A stretch of DNA of 63,102 nt, filler included, from a bacterium (lineage in GTDB: Bacteria > UBP15 > UBA6099 > JAJRTR01), in NCBI GenBank assembly GCA_024278215.1. It is 4 parts of 4 records of this genome, joined end to end, with 100 filler letters (N's around TTAATTAATTAA, not from the genome) between each part and the next. Parts side by side here need not be neighbours in the genome. Positions count along the whole stretch, not along the records: positions 1 to 30,939 come from JAJRTR010000070.1; 3 more parts are not named here. One strand, 5' to 3'. The notes beneath the pieces were generated by a model. That model ran no database searches, was not told where the DNA came from, and was given only the letters and a program-made list of their open reading frames with translations. The position numbers and the translations under genes were made by a program. Of the stretch, positions 1 through 9,082 are shown piece by piece (within the stretch, counting starts at the first letter, position 1; every line of letters starts with the position of its first letter).

Positions 1-32
1 AGTGTGAGTACGATCACAGTGGAAACAATGAA

Positions 33-89
33 AAACAGGTGTGCCGTGCTCAAACCGTATTTGTTTGGGCACGAAAAAGCTGCCTGTTT
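33..89. repeat. Repeat family F (TGTGCCGTGCTCAAACCG...GGGCAC...GCCTGTTT), copy 1
   Basis: Clear similarity to 29308-29380 and 30747-30820; AAACAGG...CCTGTTT inverted ends. Confidence 0.7.
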
Positions 90-247
90 ACATACGTTCC
101 CATGGTGGACCCCGTGAACGATGTATAATGTTGAAAGGCGGGAACGCATAAAATCATTATGTGTCATGCACAAAACTTTTTCTTTTGTGTATGAACAACC
201 TTGATACCCCTGCACGATTGCGGCGGGGTGCTTCATTTAAACACAAT

Positions 248-2233
248 ATGAAAACAGAAATTGTCGGCATACAGGCATACAGGCACCTGGCGACGGTGAC
301 ACTCGACAACGGCTTCGAAATCGAATTGCCGTATCACTGCCATGCCGACGATCAGGCGTATTTCGCGGACAGCCTTGAGATCGACGGAACGACTGTAAAA
401 GCCGTTATAGGCGAATCCTCGATAACCGACTTTTTTGAAGTTGAGGGGAACCTGCTGTGCGTGACGCGCAGGTGGAATCTTACGGGCAACTTCGACGCCC
501 ACCTGCTGTTTTCCGTGATGGCGCAACTGGATGCCACAGCCTGGTCGGTTCCAGGAGTTGCTTATGCGTCTGGCGAAGCGGCGCGAAAGAAGTCGGCATC
601 GCTCGGTCCTGTGTCGGAGTGCAGATGTTCGATACCATGTTGTGCAGTAGTTGAGGGGAAGAGAGAGGGGGTCGCTGTTTTCACGGAACCGGCGAAATCG
701 GTGAATGATCTGGCTACGGTAGCGACACAGCTTTCAGATGATGCGGCGGAGATAACGATATCGACACCCGGAGCGACGGGCCGTCTCGGCGGCGCGAGTG
801 GAGTATGGCCCGTTGAAGGTCATATCTCATTCGAGAGAAAGTATTACATTTATACAGATGCAAACTACGGTGATTTCCTGAATAACGCTATACATGAGGC
901 GTGGCGCATATTATTTTTCCCGCCTGAATCCCGCTACGACTGGTCGGCGGCAGTCGCAGCAAAAGCATTGCATCTTGCCGAAGATTTCTTTATCGAACGA
1001 GGCGACGCAATCGGGTTTGTCGAGGAGATCGGACCTTCAGGATTCCCTCGCAGCACGATGCTTGCGACCGGAAAGGCCGGCGGCAATATCGAAGCTGCCC
1101 GCTCGCTTTACAGGATCGGCTGCGCTGTAGAAAACAAATGGCTTCGCAGGATTTCTCTCGATACGGCGGACTTCTTTCTTTCTGTGGACCGAGAGATGGA
1201 AGAACTGAGATTCGATTACCATCCGGCAACCCGAAAATGGATATTCGCCGGTGATGAGCGCAAACTATTGAGAGGAGCGGGAGAACTACTTCTTTCCATT
1301 ACCCGGCTGCACCGGGTCGCAACACCCGGCGACACGAATCCCAGGTGGCTCTATACGGCAAAAAAGATTGCCGACCGCCTTTTCGACAGGTGGCGCGTAT
1401 CTGCCGGCAGTGGCGATGCCCCGGACAATAATTCTAAAAGAAACGGAAAATCTTCGGACCAACTTCCTCTGTGCGAGGAAGCGTTTCCTGCTGCGGCGTT
1501 TGTCGAACTTTACAGGGAAACCGAACAGCAAGATTATCTCGAAGCGGCAGAGTGGCTTGGCGGACGGCTTGTGTTGCGGCTTCGCACGGCGGTGTCTCCT
1601 GTTCGCCAGGAAGAACTGCCCCTCAGCTCCACCACCGCCCATGCTTTTCTCAGGGCGTTTCTTCTTTTACACGAGGAGACCGATCGAGCGGAATACCTTG
1701 ATGCGGCGGTTAAAACAGCAGAATACATGAGGAGTCTGTGTTTCATTCACAAGGGAATCGTGCCCACCGGAAGCCGTCTCGCGAAAGCGGGTTTCAGTAC
1801 AGTCGGAGGCCTTGCCGTCGAACCCGGCTCGGACTGGCTGTCGCCGTGTGGCGCCGTCGCAGCGCCCGATCTGCTCAAGTTATGGAAACAGACAGGCGAC
1901 AGACTGTGGCGAGACATAGCAGTGTTGATCCTCGAATTCTCGAGCCGTCTTATACATCCGCCGGAAGATAGAAACGGCACTCCCCCCGCACGTGGCAGAC
2001 AGCCCGCGCGGTTCTATCATTGCCCGATTCGCGGGTCACGGCGTACATGGGGCACGGCCGCAGGTGTTTTTTCCTCAGTTCCTGCCGTCACACTTGGCGC
2101 GCTGCTCGACGTGCATGAATCTTTTCCCGAAATACTGGACCTCAGATTCGACGACATGGGGATCGCTCACACACGCGGCGATATTATCCCTCGCTCATTT
2201 CGCTATATCGGTTCTTTCATAAATTTCTTTTGA
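248..2233 (+). CDS. Hypothetical protein, possible alpha/alpha-toroid (glycoside hydrolase-like) fold
   Basis: Long ORF with recurring helical motifs such as LYRETEQQDYLEAA, LHEETDRAEYLDAA and LWKQTGDRLWRD; start ATG 248 is a guess. Confidence 0.6.
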   Translation: MKTEIVGIQAYRHLATVTLDNGFEIELPYHCHADDQAYFADSLEIDGTTVKAVIGESSITDFFEVEGNLLCVTRRWNLTGNFDAHLLFSVMAQLDATAWSVPGVAYASGEAARKKSASLGPVSECRCSIPCCAVVEGKREGVAVFTEPAKSVNDLATVATQLSDDAAEITISTPGATGRLGGASGVWPVEGHISFERKYYIYTDANYGDFLNNAIHEAWRILFFPPESRYDWSAAVAAKALHLAEDFFIERGDAIGFVEEIGPSGFPRSTMLATGKAGGNIEAARSLYRIGCAVENKWLRRISLDTADFFLSVDREMEELRFDYHPATRKWIFAGDERKLLRGAGELLLSITRLHRVATPGDTNPRWLYTAKKIADRLFDRWRVSAGSGDAPDNNSKRNGKSSDQLPLCEEAFPAAAFVELYRETEQQDYLEAAEWLGGRLVLRLRTAVSPVRQEELPLSSTTAHAFLRAFLLLHEETDRAEYLDAAVKTAEYMRSLCFIHKGIVPTGSRLAKAGFSTVGGLAVEPGSDWLSPCGAVAAPDLLKLWKQTGDRLWRDIAVLILEFSSRLIHPPEDRNGTPPARGRQPARFYHCPIRGSRRTWGTAAGVFSSVPAVTLGALLDVHESFPEILDLRFDDMGIAHTRGDIIPRSFRYIGSFINFF

Positions 2234-2283
2234 TCGCTGCGAAACTTATCTGATGGAACACAGAATGAAAATACCGGATTCTC

Positions 2284-2309
2284 CCGGATTTCTTTGTGGG
2301 AAAATCCGG
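2284..2309. repeat. Hairpin family H (CCGGATTTCT-TTGTG-AGAAATCCGG), free copy
   Basis: Imperfect palindrome between convergent genes; other copies at 31480, 35976, 38584, 38809. Confidence 0.75.
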
Positions 2310-2336
2310 CTTAGCGGTAGTATCGAATCGGTTATG

Positions 2337-3914
2337 TCATCGTTCCACAGGCTTCCTTATGCACAGGATTACTCCGCCACGTACTGCCGAAACGCGGAAG
2401 CCGTCCCTGACGAGTTGTGTCATAAAGTCGAAAAGAGGTTTTTGTTCCGCCGTTACCGCGGCGGCGTGTATCCCTTCGATATATTCGCCGACAACTTCCG
2501 GAATAAGTGATGTCTCCAATACAAGAACATCCGGCTTCGTTTCGTTGAGATCAGCCATGAAGTTTTCGATTGCCCCGGTTGAATAACCCGGTGTAAAAAG
2601 CGGAATAAGGGAAGGATACCTGGTTGCGGATTCGCGACGTGAAAGAAAGTATGTCGCGGCCGACTTGCTCCACACGAGAAAACGCCTGTCGTCTTTGACC
2701 CTGATCCGCACGAGCTTCGTGAGCAGTTCCGCTCTTTGTGGATTGAGTTCGTCTGTGACTGCCCTGGCGCGGGGCATCGGCTGCCGTGCGCAATATGCTG
2801 AGAAAACAAGAAAGCTGAGGAAAAACAATATTGTAAGCACCGCTTCGCCCAGGTCTTCAGCCCGATGCACAACGGACACACGCGCGTTTGCAGACCAGAC
2901 GACAATAAGCGGAACCATTATGAAAAGCAGGTCTGTCGCGCCGCCGAATCCCGAGATAATCGTAATCACGATTTCAACAACTGCCCACACAGCCGCTCCT
3001 TTCCTCAATCGTCTCAGACTATCCGGAATATTATTATCTGCTCCACCGGGAGCAGCGCGAAAAAGGAAATATCCGGCCACAGGTGCAAAGAAGGCAAGTG
3101 CGGCGAGTATCACCGGCAAATCCTTTACCGATGCAATTGCAAAAAATCCTGAATCCCTTAATACGGCAATATTATATTGAGTAAAAGATTCATTAAAGGC
3201 ATTCGTTAAACCCGACACGGCGAGTGTCAGCAGAAACATAATCGGTACTATAAAAAAACCAGTTGCGAATGCGCCGCGATATTTTCGCAGTATGATCAAT
3301 CCGGGCAGGATCAGCGCTGCTTCACGTGGAGAAAAAAGTATGGCCGACCCGCCGGCGAGCCCGGCAAGGAATGCGGTAGTTATGTCAATGGTGCGTTGAG
3401 CGCGAACGATCAGGAAAACAAAAATGGATATAGCCGGCAGCGCCCACTCCGCCGCTCCGTTCGCACCGCTGATGTATGACAGCGCGACCCCGGCGGCGGC
3501 GAGCCATAGGCCGGCAATGCGTGATATTCCCCACGTTGCACCGGCCTCCAGCATCGCAAAATACAGAATTGTTCCTCCAGCCGCCATGGATAGAATCTCG
3601 AACACCAGCACAGACTTGATTGAATACGCAGCTGCCAGCGCTGCCGCGTTGCACAACAATGTACCCGGCATCATGTTATACCATACGTCGACATAAGGGA
3701 TGTCGCCCGCAAGAAACCTTTCGGCTGCGTATAAAGATATCGAAGACTGCGGATGCACTGTGATAAGCAGGTCGGTCCAGCGCATAAATATGCCGAGCGT
3801 CATACATGCGCCGAGAATAAGTGATATTCGCTGTGTGGATGTCAGGGCCGGTCTGTTCAAAATGCGTTTTCTCCGGAACGTCTTTATTCTATAAATACCG
3901 TCTTTTATTGCCAT
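2337..3914 (-). CDS. Polytopic membrane protein, GT-C/ArnT-like glycosyltransferase
   Basis: Many TM segments; GDIPYVDVWYNMMPG resembles the G-x-x-PY-x-D-x-W-D-x-K-x-P loop of GT-C proteins. Confidence 0.65.
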   Translation of the reverse strand: MAIKDGIYRIKTFRRKRILNRPALTSTQRISLILGACMTLGIFMRWTDLLITVHPQSSISLYAAERFLAGDIPYVDVWYNMMPGTLLCNAAALAAAYSIKSVLVFEILSMAAGGTILYFAMLEAGATWGISRIAGLWLAAAGVALSYISGANGAAEWALPAISIFVFLIVRAQRTIDITTAFLAGLAGGSAILFSPREAALILPGLIILRKYRGAFATGFFIVPIMFLLTLAVSGLTNAFNESFTQYNIAVLRDSGFFAIASVKDLPVILAALAFFAPVAGYFLFRAAPGGADNNIPDSLRRLRKGAAVWAVVEIVITIISGFGGATDLLFIMVPLIVVWSANARVSVVHRAEDLGEAVLTILFFLSFLVFSAYCARQPMPRARAVTDELNPQRAELLTKLVRIRVKDDRRFLVWSKSAATYFLSRRESATRYPSLIPLFTPGYSTGAIENFMADLNETKPDVLVLETSLIPEVVGEYIEGIHAAAVTAEQKPLFDFMTQLVRDGFRVSAVRGGVILCIRKPVER

Positions 3915-3949
3915 ATTATGTACTTATCTGGACAGTACCACGTTTTTCA

Positions 3950-4260
3950 TCAAGCTGCAAGGCGAAAGTCAGGTAATCTATCAGGGTCGGCGTTTTCGAG
4001 GATGAATAACGCGAGGTCGGCCTGATTCTACACGGTAAAGAGAAATTCGGGAAGTGAATGCCTCAGGGCGATGGAGACGACGAGTTCCGAGGGAGCCAGG
4101 CAGGGACGCAAGGTGCGAAGCAGGCTTCTGGATTTGCGCCAGACCTCTTTGCGGTGGTTCAGACCAGGATGAATAAGGAATCCCTGCGCGATGCAGTCGA
4201 GTTGTGCCCATACGTGGTATGCTCATATTTTGCGGCACAGATATTGGTTTCCGCGCAGCC
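3950..4260 (-). pseudogene. Degraded C-terminus of a DDE transposase
   Basis: Minus-strand frame reads RKI*AYHVWAQLDCIAQGFLIH...VWRKSRSLLRTLRPCLAPSELVVSIALRHSLPEFL with in-frame stops; resembles IS4/IS701-like transposase C-termini (from recall). Confidence 0.55.
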
Positions 4261-4264
4261 TCCC

Positions 4265-4293
4265 TTGACAGTTCTATCCGATAGCACTATTAT
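4265..4293 (+). promoter_or_regulatory. Sigma70-type promoter
   Basis: TTGACA-17 bp-TATTAT upstream of the 4363 ORF. Confidence 0.55.
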
Positions 4294-4362
4294 GCTATGC
4301 TATGGTATGGTATTATATTGTAGATATGATGTATAATACAGGGGGGAGGCGAATAAATATTT

Positions 4363-4707
4363 ATGAAAAAGCAGATTCGGACACTGGAAAAAAGAATTGA
4401 AACCGTTAAGAATAAACTGGTTGTTCTCGGTGACATGCGCCCCGGCAGCCTGTCAAAACAATACAACGTATGCGGCAACCCCGCCTGCCGCTGCAAAGCC
4501 CCCGACAACCCTAAGAAACACGGTCCCTACCACCAACTCAGCTACACTCACAAGGGGCGCAGCAAATCCGAATTTGTAAAGAAAGAAGATCTGGCAGAAG
4601 TGAAAAAACAAATAAAAAACTATCAGCAGTTCAAAAAACTTACCGGCGAATGGGTCGACCTGTCCATCGAACTCGCCAAGCTTCGCAAACTAAAAAAAAA
4701 GGGGTAA
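4363..4707 (+). CDS. DUF6788-like IS accessory protein
   Basis: RPGSL..QY.VCG.P.CRC...KKHGPY.QLSYT..G pattern; GGAGG RBS. Confidence 0.75.
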   Translation: MKKQIRTLEKRIETVKNKLVVLGDMRPGSLSKQYNVCGNPACRCKAPDNPKKHGPYHQLSYTHKGRSKSEFVKKEDLAEVKKQIKNYQQFKKLTGEWVDLSIELAKLRKLKKKG

Positions 4708-4858
4708 CGTATTATCCATAACCTGGTATTGTCCAGTACTGATCATGTGCGTTTTTGAAACATGCGCAGAATTTCCCGGGAACACGATCCGGAATTAAAG
4801 GACAAATACCAGTCTTGTCCCCGAAATTCTTACAAAGTATCTGAATTCGCATAATTTC

Positions 4859-5036
4859 GAGCCAATTGCAAAATTATGTTCGTAGCGAGGTCGAGCAAAA
4901 TCGTTCAGAGCAAGACGGAGGTGTAAAATCCTCACAGGCGTACTTGTAAGGTATGTCGAGGACGATTTTATGCCGTCAACGCAGCTATGGACATTAGCAG
5001 CCGACCGTAGCAGAATCAGAATTTTGCAATTGGCTC
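4859..5036 (+). mobile_element. ~180-bp MITE family M, copy 1
   Basis: 17-bp TIR GAGCCAATTGCAAAATT...AATTTTGCAATTGGCTC; five copies in the window. Confidence 0.85.
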
Positions 5037-5058
5037 GTTCAGTTATGTATTCATGCAA

Positions 5059-5089
5059 TTAACCTGCATTGGTGAAATATGCGGGTTAA
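5059..5089. repeat. ~30-bp REP-like palindrome family R (AACCCGCAT-ATTTCACCA-ATGCGGGTT)
   Basis: Other copies near 10879, 12318, 25470, 29174, 34036, 38981, 52288, 58457, 62291. Confidence 0.85.
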
Positions 5090-5135
5090 GAACACCGGCT
5101 GCTTACAATAAACATTCGAACAGGAGAAAACAGTA

Positions 5136-6665
5136 ATGGCGGAAGTGCATATCGAAATGGTCGGCATCGTGAAGGAATTTCCGGGTGTGCGTGCGCTGGA
5201 TGATGTTACATTTACAGTTCGCAGGGGCGAGGTGCACGCGCTGGTGGGCGAAAACGGCGCGGGGAAATCGACTCTGATAAAAATACTCAGCGGACTCTAT
5301 CCATACGGTACTTACGAAGGTGATCTTTTTGTAAGAGGAGAGAAATGCAGATTCAGTAATGTGCGCGATGCAGAACGTGCCGGTGTAGGTGTGATATACC
5401 AGGAATTGTCGTTGATTAAAGAGATGTCGATCGGTGAAAATATTTTCATCGGGCGCGAGCCGGTGAAATACGGCGTGATCAACTGGGATATTGTATATTC
5501 ACGCACAAAACAACTTCTCGATTCTATCGGACTCGATATCAACGTACGCACACTGATAAAATATCTGGGCACCGGAAAACAACAACTTGTCGAAATTGCA
5601 AAAGCGCTCAGCATGGATGCCGAAATTCTCATTCTCGATGAGCCTACTGCCGCACTGACCGAAAATGAAGTGGCCGTGCTGATGAAAATAATAAGAGGCC
5701 TTAAGGCGCGCGGCGTATCCTGCATATATATATCCCACAAACTGGGCGAAGTGTTCGAGATAGCAGACAGGATAACGGTTCTGAGGGACGGAAAAACAAT
5801 AAATTCATATAACAAAGACAAAGTAGATCAGTACGGGATTATCACAGATATGGTGGGACGCGAACTCGAAGACATGTATCCGAAAGAGACGGCAGCGCAG
5901 GGCGATGTGATCTTCAGGATCGAAAACATGACGGCGTATGACCCGGAAATAGCAGGCCGGAAGGTTGTCGACAATGTAAGTTTCGAGGTGCGAAAAGGAG
6001 AAGTGCTGGGAATGTCGGGGCTGATGGGCGCGGGCCGCACGGATATGCTGAACAGCATTTTCGGTGCTCACACCGGCAGGGTGGAAGGAAAGATTTTCAT
6101 CGACGGCAGGGAAGAGAAAATAAGATCGCCCTCCGAAGCTATCAAAAAAGGGTTAAGCCTTGTCACAGAGGACCGCAAGCGCTACGGACTCGTTCTTTCA
6201 TCGACAGTCGCGACAAATATTACAATGGCCGGACTCGACAAAGCAATCAGTTTGCTCTCAATAATCGACCCTAATCTCGAGCAGAAAATATGCAGCGAAC
6301 AGGTGGAAAGCCTCAGGATAAAGACATCGAGTATCGAGACGATAGTGAATAACCTGAGCGGAGGCAACCAGCAGAAGGTAGTGCTTGCGAAATGCCTGCT
6401 CACCGAGCCGCGTGTGCTGTTTCTCGACGAACCGACGCGCGGCATAGACGTCGGTGCGAAAACGGAAATATATAAAATAATCAACATGCTTACAGCACGT
6501 GGCGTAGCTGTAGTGATGGTGTCGTCGGAACTGCCGGAAGTGCTCGGCATGAGCGACAGGGTGCTCGTGATGCGCGAAGGAAAAGTCGCCGGCGAACTGT
6601 CGCGGCAGGCTGCGACACAGGAAAGCGTCATGGCGCTTGCCACAGGCGCGACGGCGAATGTCTGA
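5136..6665 (+). CDS. xylG: Monosaccharide (xylose-type) ABC transporter ATP-binding protein
   Basis: Two ABC domains; GENGAGKST, LSGGNQQK, DEPTRGIDVGAK; CUT2 family. Confidence 0.85.
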   Translation: MAEVHIEMVGIVKEFPGVRALDDVTFTVRRGEVHALVGENGAGKSTLIKILSGLYPYGTYEGDLFVRGEKCRFSNVRDAERAGVGVIYQELSLIKEMSIGENIFIGREPVKYGVINWDIVYSRTKQLLDSIGLDINVRTLIKYLGTGKQQLVEIAKALSMDAEILILDEPTAALTENEVAVLMKIIRGLKARGVSCIYISHKLGEVFEIADRITVLRDGKTINSYNKDKVDQYGIITDMVGRELEDMYPKETAAQGDVIFRIENMTAYDPEIAGRKVVDNVSFEVRKGEVLGMSGLMGAGRTDMLNSIFGAHTGRVEGKIFIDGREEKIRSPSEAIKKGLSLVTEDRKRYGLVLSSTVATNITMAGLDKAISLLSIIDPNLEQKICSEQVESLRIKTSSIETIVNNLSGGNQQKVVLAKCLLTEPRVLFLDEPTRGIDVGAKTEIYKIINMLTARGVAVVMVSSELPEVLGMSDRVLVMREGKVAGELSRQAATQESVMALATGATANV

Positions 6666-6693
6666 ACGAAAAAGTGTTTTCTCAAATTGATGC

Positions 6694-6722
6694 TTGCAGG
6701 GCGTGTAGATTTTTGTTATGAT
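6694..6722 (+). promoter_or_regulatory. Putative sigma70 promoter for the HTH-HTH-nadD-LCP-rsfS unit
   Basis: TTGCAG-17 bp-TATGAT with extended TG. Confidence 0.4.
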
Positions 6723-6805
6723 GCTATGTGATCTACTCCCGGACGGATTGCCCTGTTCGATATAGCATTGTGCATATTGGGATGTCGCGGGAACGGAGCC
6801 CTGAA

Positions 6806-7522
6806 ATGCCGGAAAAGTCATATCCCGATGGGGATTTGCTCGACATAAAACAATCTGCCGCTTTTCTTGATGTAAGCACAAAAACGATACGGCGCTACAT
6901 TAAGGCTGGAAAACTCAGTGCGAGAAAAGTGCGCAATGTCTGGTTTGTACCAATATCTGAGGTCGAGACTCTTAAGAACAGCGAAGCGGGAATAGAACCG
7001 GTACAGTCGCCTGACGATCAGACGACAGAGGAACAGAATTATATTGTACCTGATTTTATCAGGCGGATCGATTCGAATCTTGTCGATATAAAGCAACAAA
7101 TATCAGAATTGGACCGGAGGCTGTATCTCTTTTCGCAGGAACGGGAGTCGGGCCGCTTCGCAAACGAAGACGGCATTTCCGATCTCGAGGCGAGAAACGA
7201 ACAGCTCATTCAGGACAACGACCGGCTTGATGAACAGATAAACGAACTGAGGGAAGAACTCGAACGGGCACGCAAGAACGGGCCGAAAGACACACAGGTA
7301 CTTAAACAGAAATCTGAAGAAAACGAGGCGCTGAAGGCGACGATTGCGTCGAACCAGAGAGGGCTTTCAATACTCAGGGACGAAGTCAGGCAGTACCAGA
7401 ATAAAATGCGGGAGAAGGAAAAGATTATCGAGAAATTGAGGGCAAGAATCGCATCTCTCGAAAAGGAACTCGCCGACCGCAAGAGCGCAAGGAAGCCGAC
7501 GCTCTGGGGCAGCCGCAGATAG
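6806..7522 (+). CDS. HTH_17 (excisionase/MerR-like) DNA-binding protein with long coiled coil
   Basis: LLDIKQSAAFLDVSTKTIRRYIKAGKLSA N-terminus, heptad-rich C-terminal half; GGAG before ATG 6806. Confidence 0.8.
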   Translation: MPEKSYPDGDLLDIKQSAAFLDVSTKTIRRYIKAGKLSARKVRNVWFVPISEVETLKNSEAGIEPVQSPDDQTTEEQNYIVPDFIRRIDSNLVDIKQQISELDRRLYLFSQERESGRFANEDGISDLEARNEQLIQDNDRLDEQINELREELERARKNGPKDTQVLKQKSEENEALKATIASNQRGLSILRDEVRQYQNKMREKEKIIEKLRARIASLEKELADRKSARKPTLWGSRR

Positions 7523-7555
7523 CGGCGGGAACACTTCAAATACAGGGAACGCTGA

Positions 7556-8368
7556 ATGAAAAGGTACTATTCCTTAAGAGAAATATCACAGGAACTCGAT
7601 ATTCCCAAAAGTACTATTGTCAAGTATAAGGACTACTTCGGCGATTACATGAAGATGGCCGGAGACGGGAAGAGAAAGAAGTTCGAGGAAGAAGCGATGT
7701 CTGTCCTGCGCGACATCCGTGAGATGCGTGAGCAGGAGAAACTGGACTGGCTGGAAATAAAAGATATTCTCGATGAAAGATACGGGACCGCCGAAGAAGA
7801 AGTGGAACCAGAAGCGCCCGCCGACGCAGCCGCGTTGCTTCCTCAACTCGAGTACATATCGCATGTTGTAAACGCCATCGGCGGCGAGTTCGCAGGCATG
7901 ACCGGCAAGATGAATAAGCTCCAGGACATTTCGATACGCCAGAACAGGGCAATAAAAATAATCAATAAAAAATTGCAGAATAACCGGAATAGTGTGGACA
8001 TCGTTATGGCCGAGTTGCTGGAGCGCGAGAAGACAGCGAGAAAAGAATACAGTGATACTGTGCGGCTGATGAAACAGGGATTCGCAAAGATCCTTATCAA
8101 TATGCAGCATATCAGAGAAAGTATTGGGGGGAAAGGTAACCAGTCGGATTTTTCCGAATTGGAAGAAAAGGTCGACAAGCTTTCGGGAAAAGTCGAGCAG
8201 GTACTTTCCGAGGGGACACTGTTCCAGGGTAAATATCAGGTATTGCTGCGGGAGAATGAGTTGCTGAGAAGAAAACTCAACGAAATTGCGGCAGCAGACA
8301 AAACTGAATCGGAACCGCAGAAACCCACGGGCATTATTGGGATGTTCAAAAAGACTCAGCCCAGGTAG
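7556..8368 (+). CDS. MerR-like HTH protein with coiled coil and C-terminal amphipathic tail
   Basis: YSLREISQELDIPKSTIVKY...; coiled-coil body; ends KPTGIIGMFKK. Confidence 0.75.
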   Translation: MKRYYSLREISQELDIPKSTIVKYKDYFGDYMKMAGDGKRKKFEEEAMSVLRDIREMREQEKLDWLEIKDILDERYGTAEEEVEPEAPADAAALLPQLEYISHVVNAIGGEFAGMTGKMNKLQDISIRQNRAIKIINKKLQNNRNSVDIVMAELLEREKTARKEYSDTVRLMKQGFAKILINMQHIRESIGGKGNQSDFSELEEKVDKLSGKVEQVLSEGTLFQGKYQVLLRENELLRRKLNEIAAADKTESEPQKPTGIIGMFKKTQPR

Positions 8369-8400
8369 TCACGCGGGCGGGACAATTTTCCAGCATACAA

Positions 8401-9069
8401 ATGTTAAAAGATTCAATACGTAGCAAAGCGTCATCCGGTACCGGGACGAAAAGAAAGAAAACATTTCGTCTGGGCATCATGGGCGGCACGTTCAATCCCA
8501 TCCATTACGGGCATCTTGTCGCGGCGGAACAGGCGCGCTGCAAGTTTAAGCTTGATGAAGTTACATTTGTTCCTTCGGGGACACCACCTCACAAGGAACC
8601 GAGAAAGATGGCGGATTCCGAGCACAGGTATCTCATGACGGTTCTGGCTACATCCAATAATCCATACTTCAGTGTTTCAAGGCAGGAGATCGACCGCGAG
8701 GGACTGTCCTATGCGGTAGACACCATACAGTATTTTCTGGATGAATACAGCGAGTACAAGATAAAGATATACTTTATTACCGGAATGGACGCCGTAATGG
8801 AGATTCTCACATGGAGAAATCCGGAGACAATAATGGAGTTATGCACTATTATCGCCGCCACGCGGCCCGGGTTCGACATGGAAGCGCTGAAACATCACAT
8901 AGGCCGAAAGAATTTCAGGGCGGTGAAACTGCTTCGGGCATCGGCACTCGCTATTTCTTCCACTGACATCAGAGAACGATTGGCAGGTGGACTCCCCATA
9001 AAATATCTGCTCCCTGAAACCGTAGAACAATACATTAGAAAGAAGCAGTTGTATCTCGAAACGGGATAA
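8401..9069 (+). CDS. nadD: Nicotinate-nucleotide adenylyltransferase
   Basis: GGTFNPIHYGH, ITGMD and ISSTDIRE motifs. Confidence 0.95.
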   Translation: MLKDSIRSKASSGTGTKRKKTFRLGIMGGTFNPIHYGHLVAAEQARCKFKLDEVTFVPSGTPPHKEPRKMADSEHRYLMTVLATSNNPYFSVSRQEIDREGLSYAVDTIQYFLDEYSEYKIKIYFITGMDAVMEILTWRNPETIMELCTIIAATRPGFDMEALKHHIGRKNFRAVKLLRASALAISSTDIRERLAGGLPIKYLLPETVEQYIRKKQLYLETG

Positions 9070-9082
9070 ACTGGACTGTGAA

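Noticed and set aside
3981..4260. Possible structured ncRNA or riboswitch
   Set aside because: Better explained as a decayed transposase frame on the minus strand
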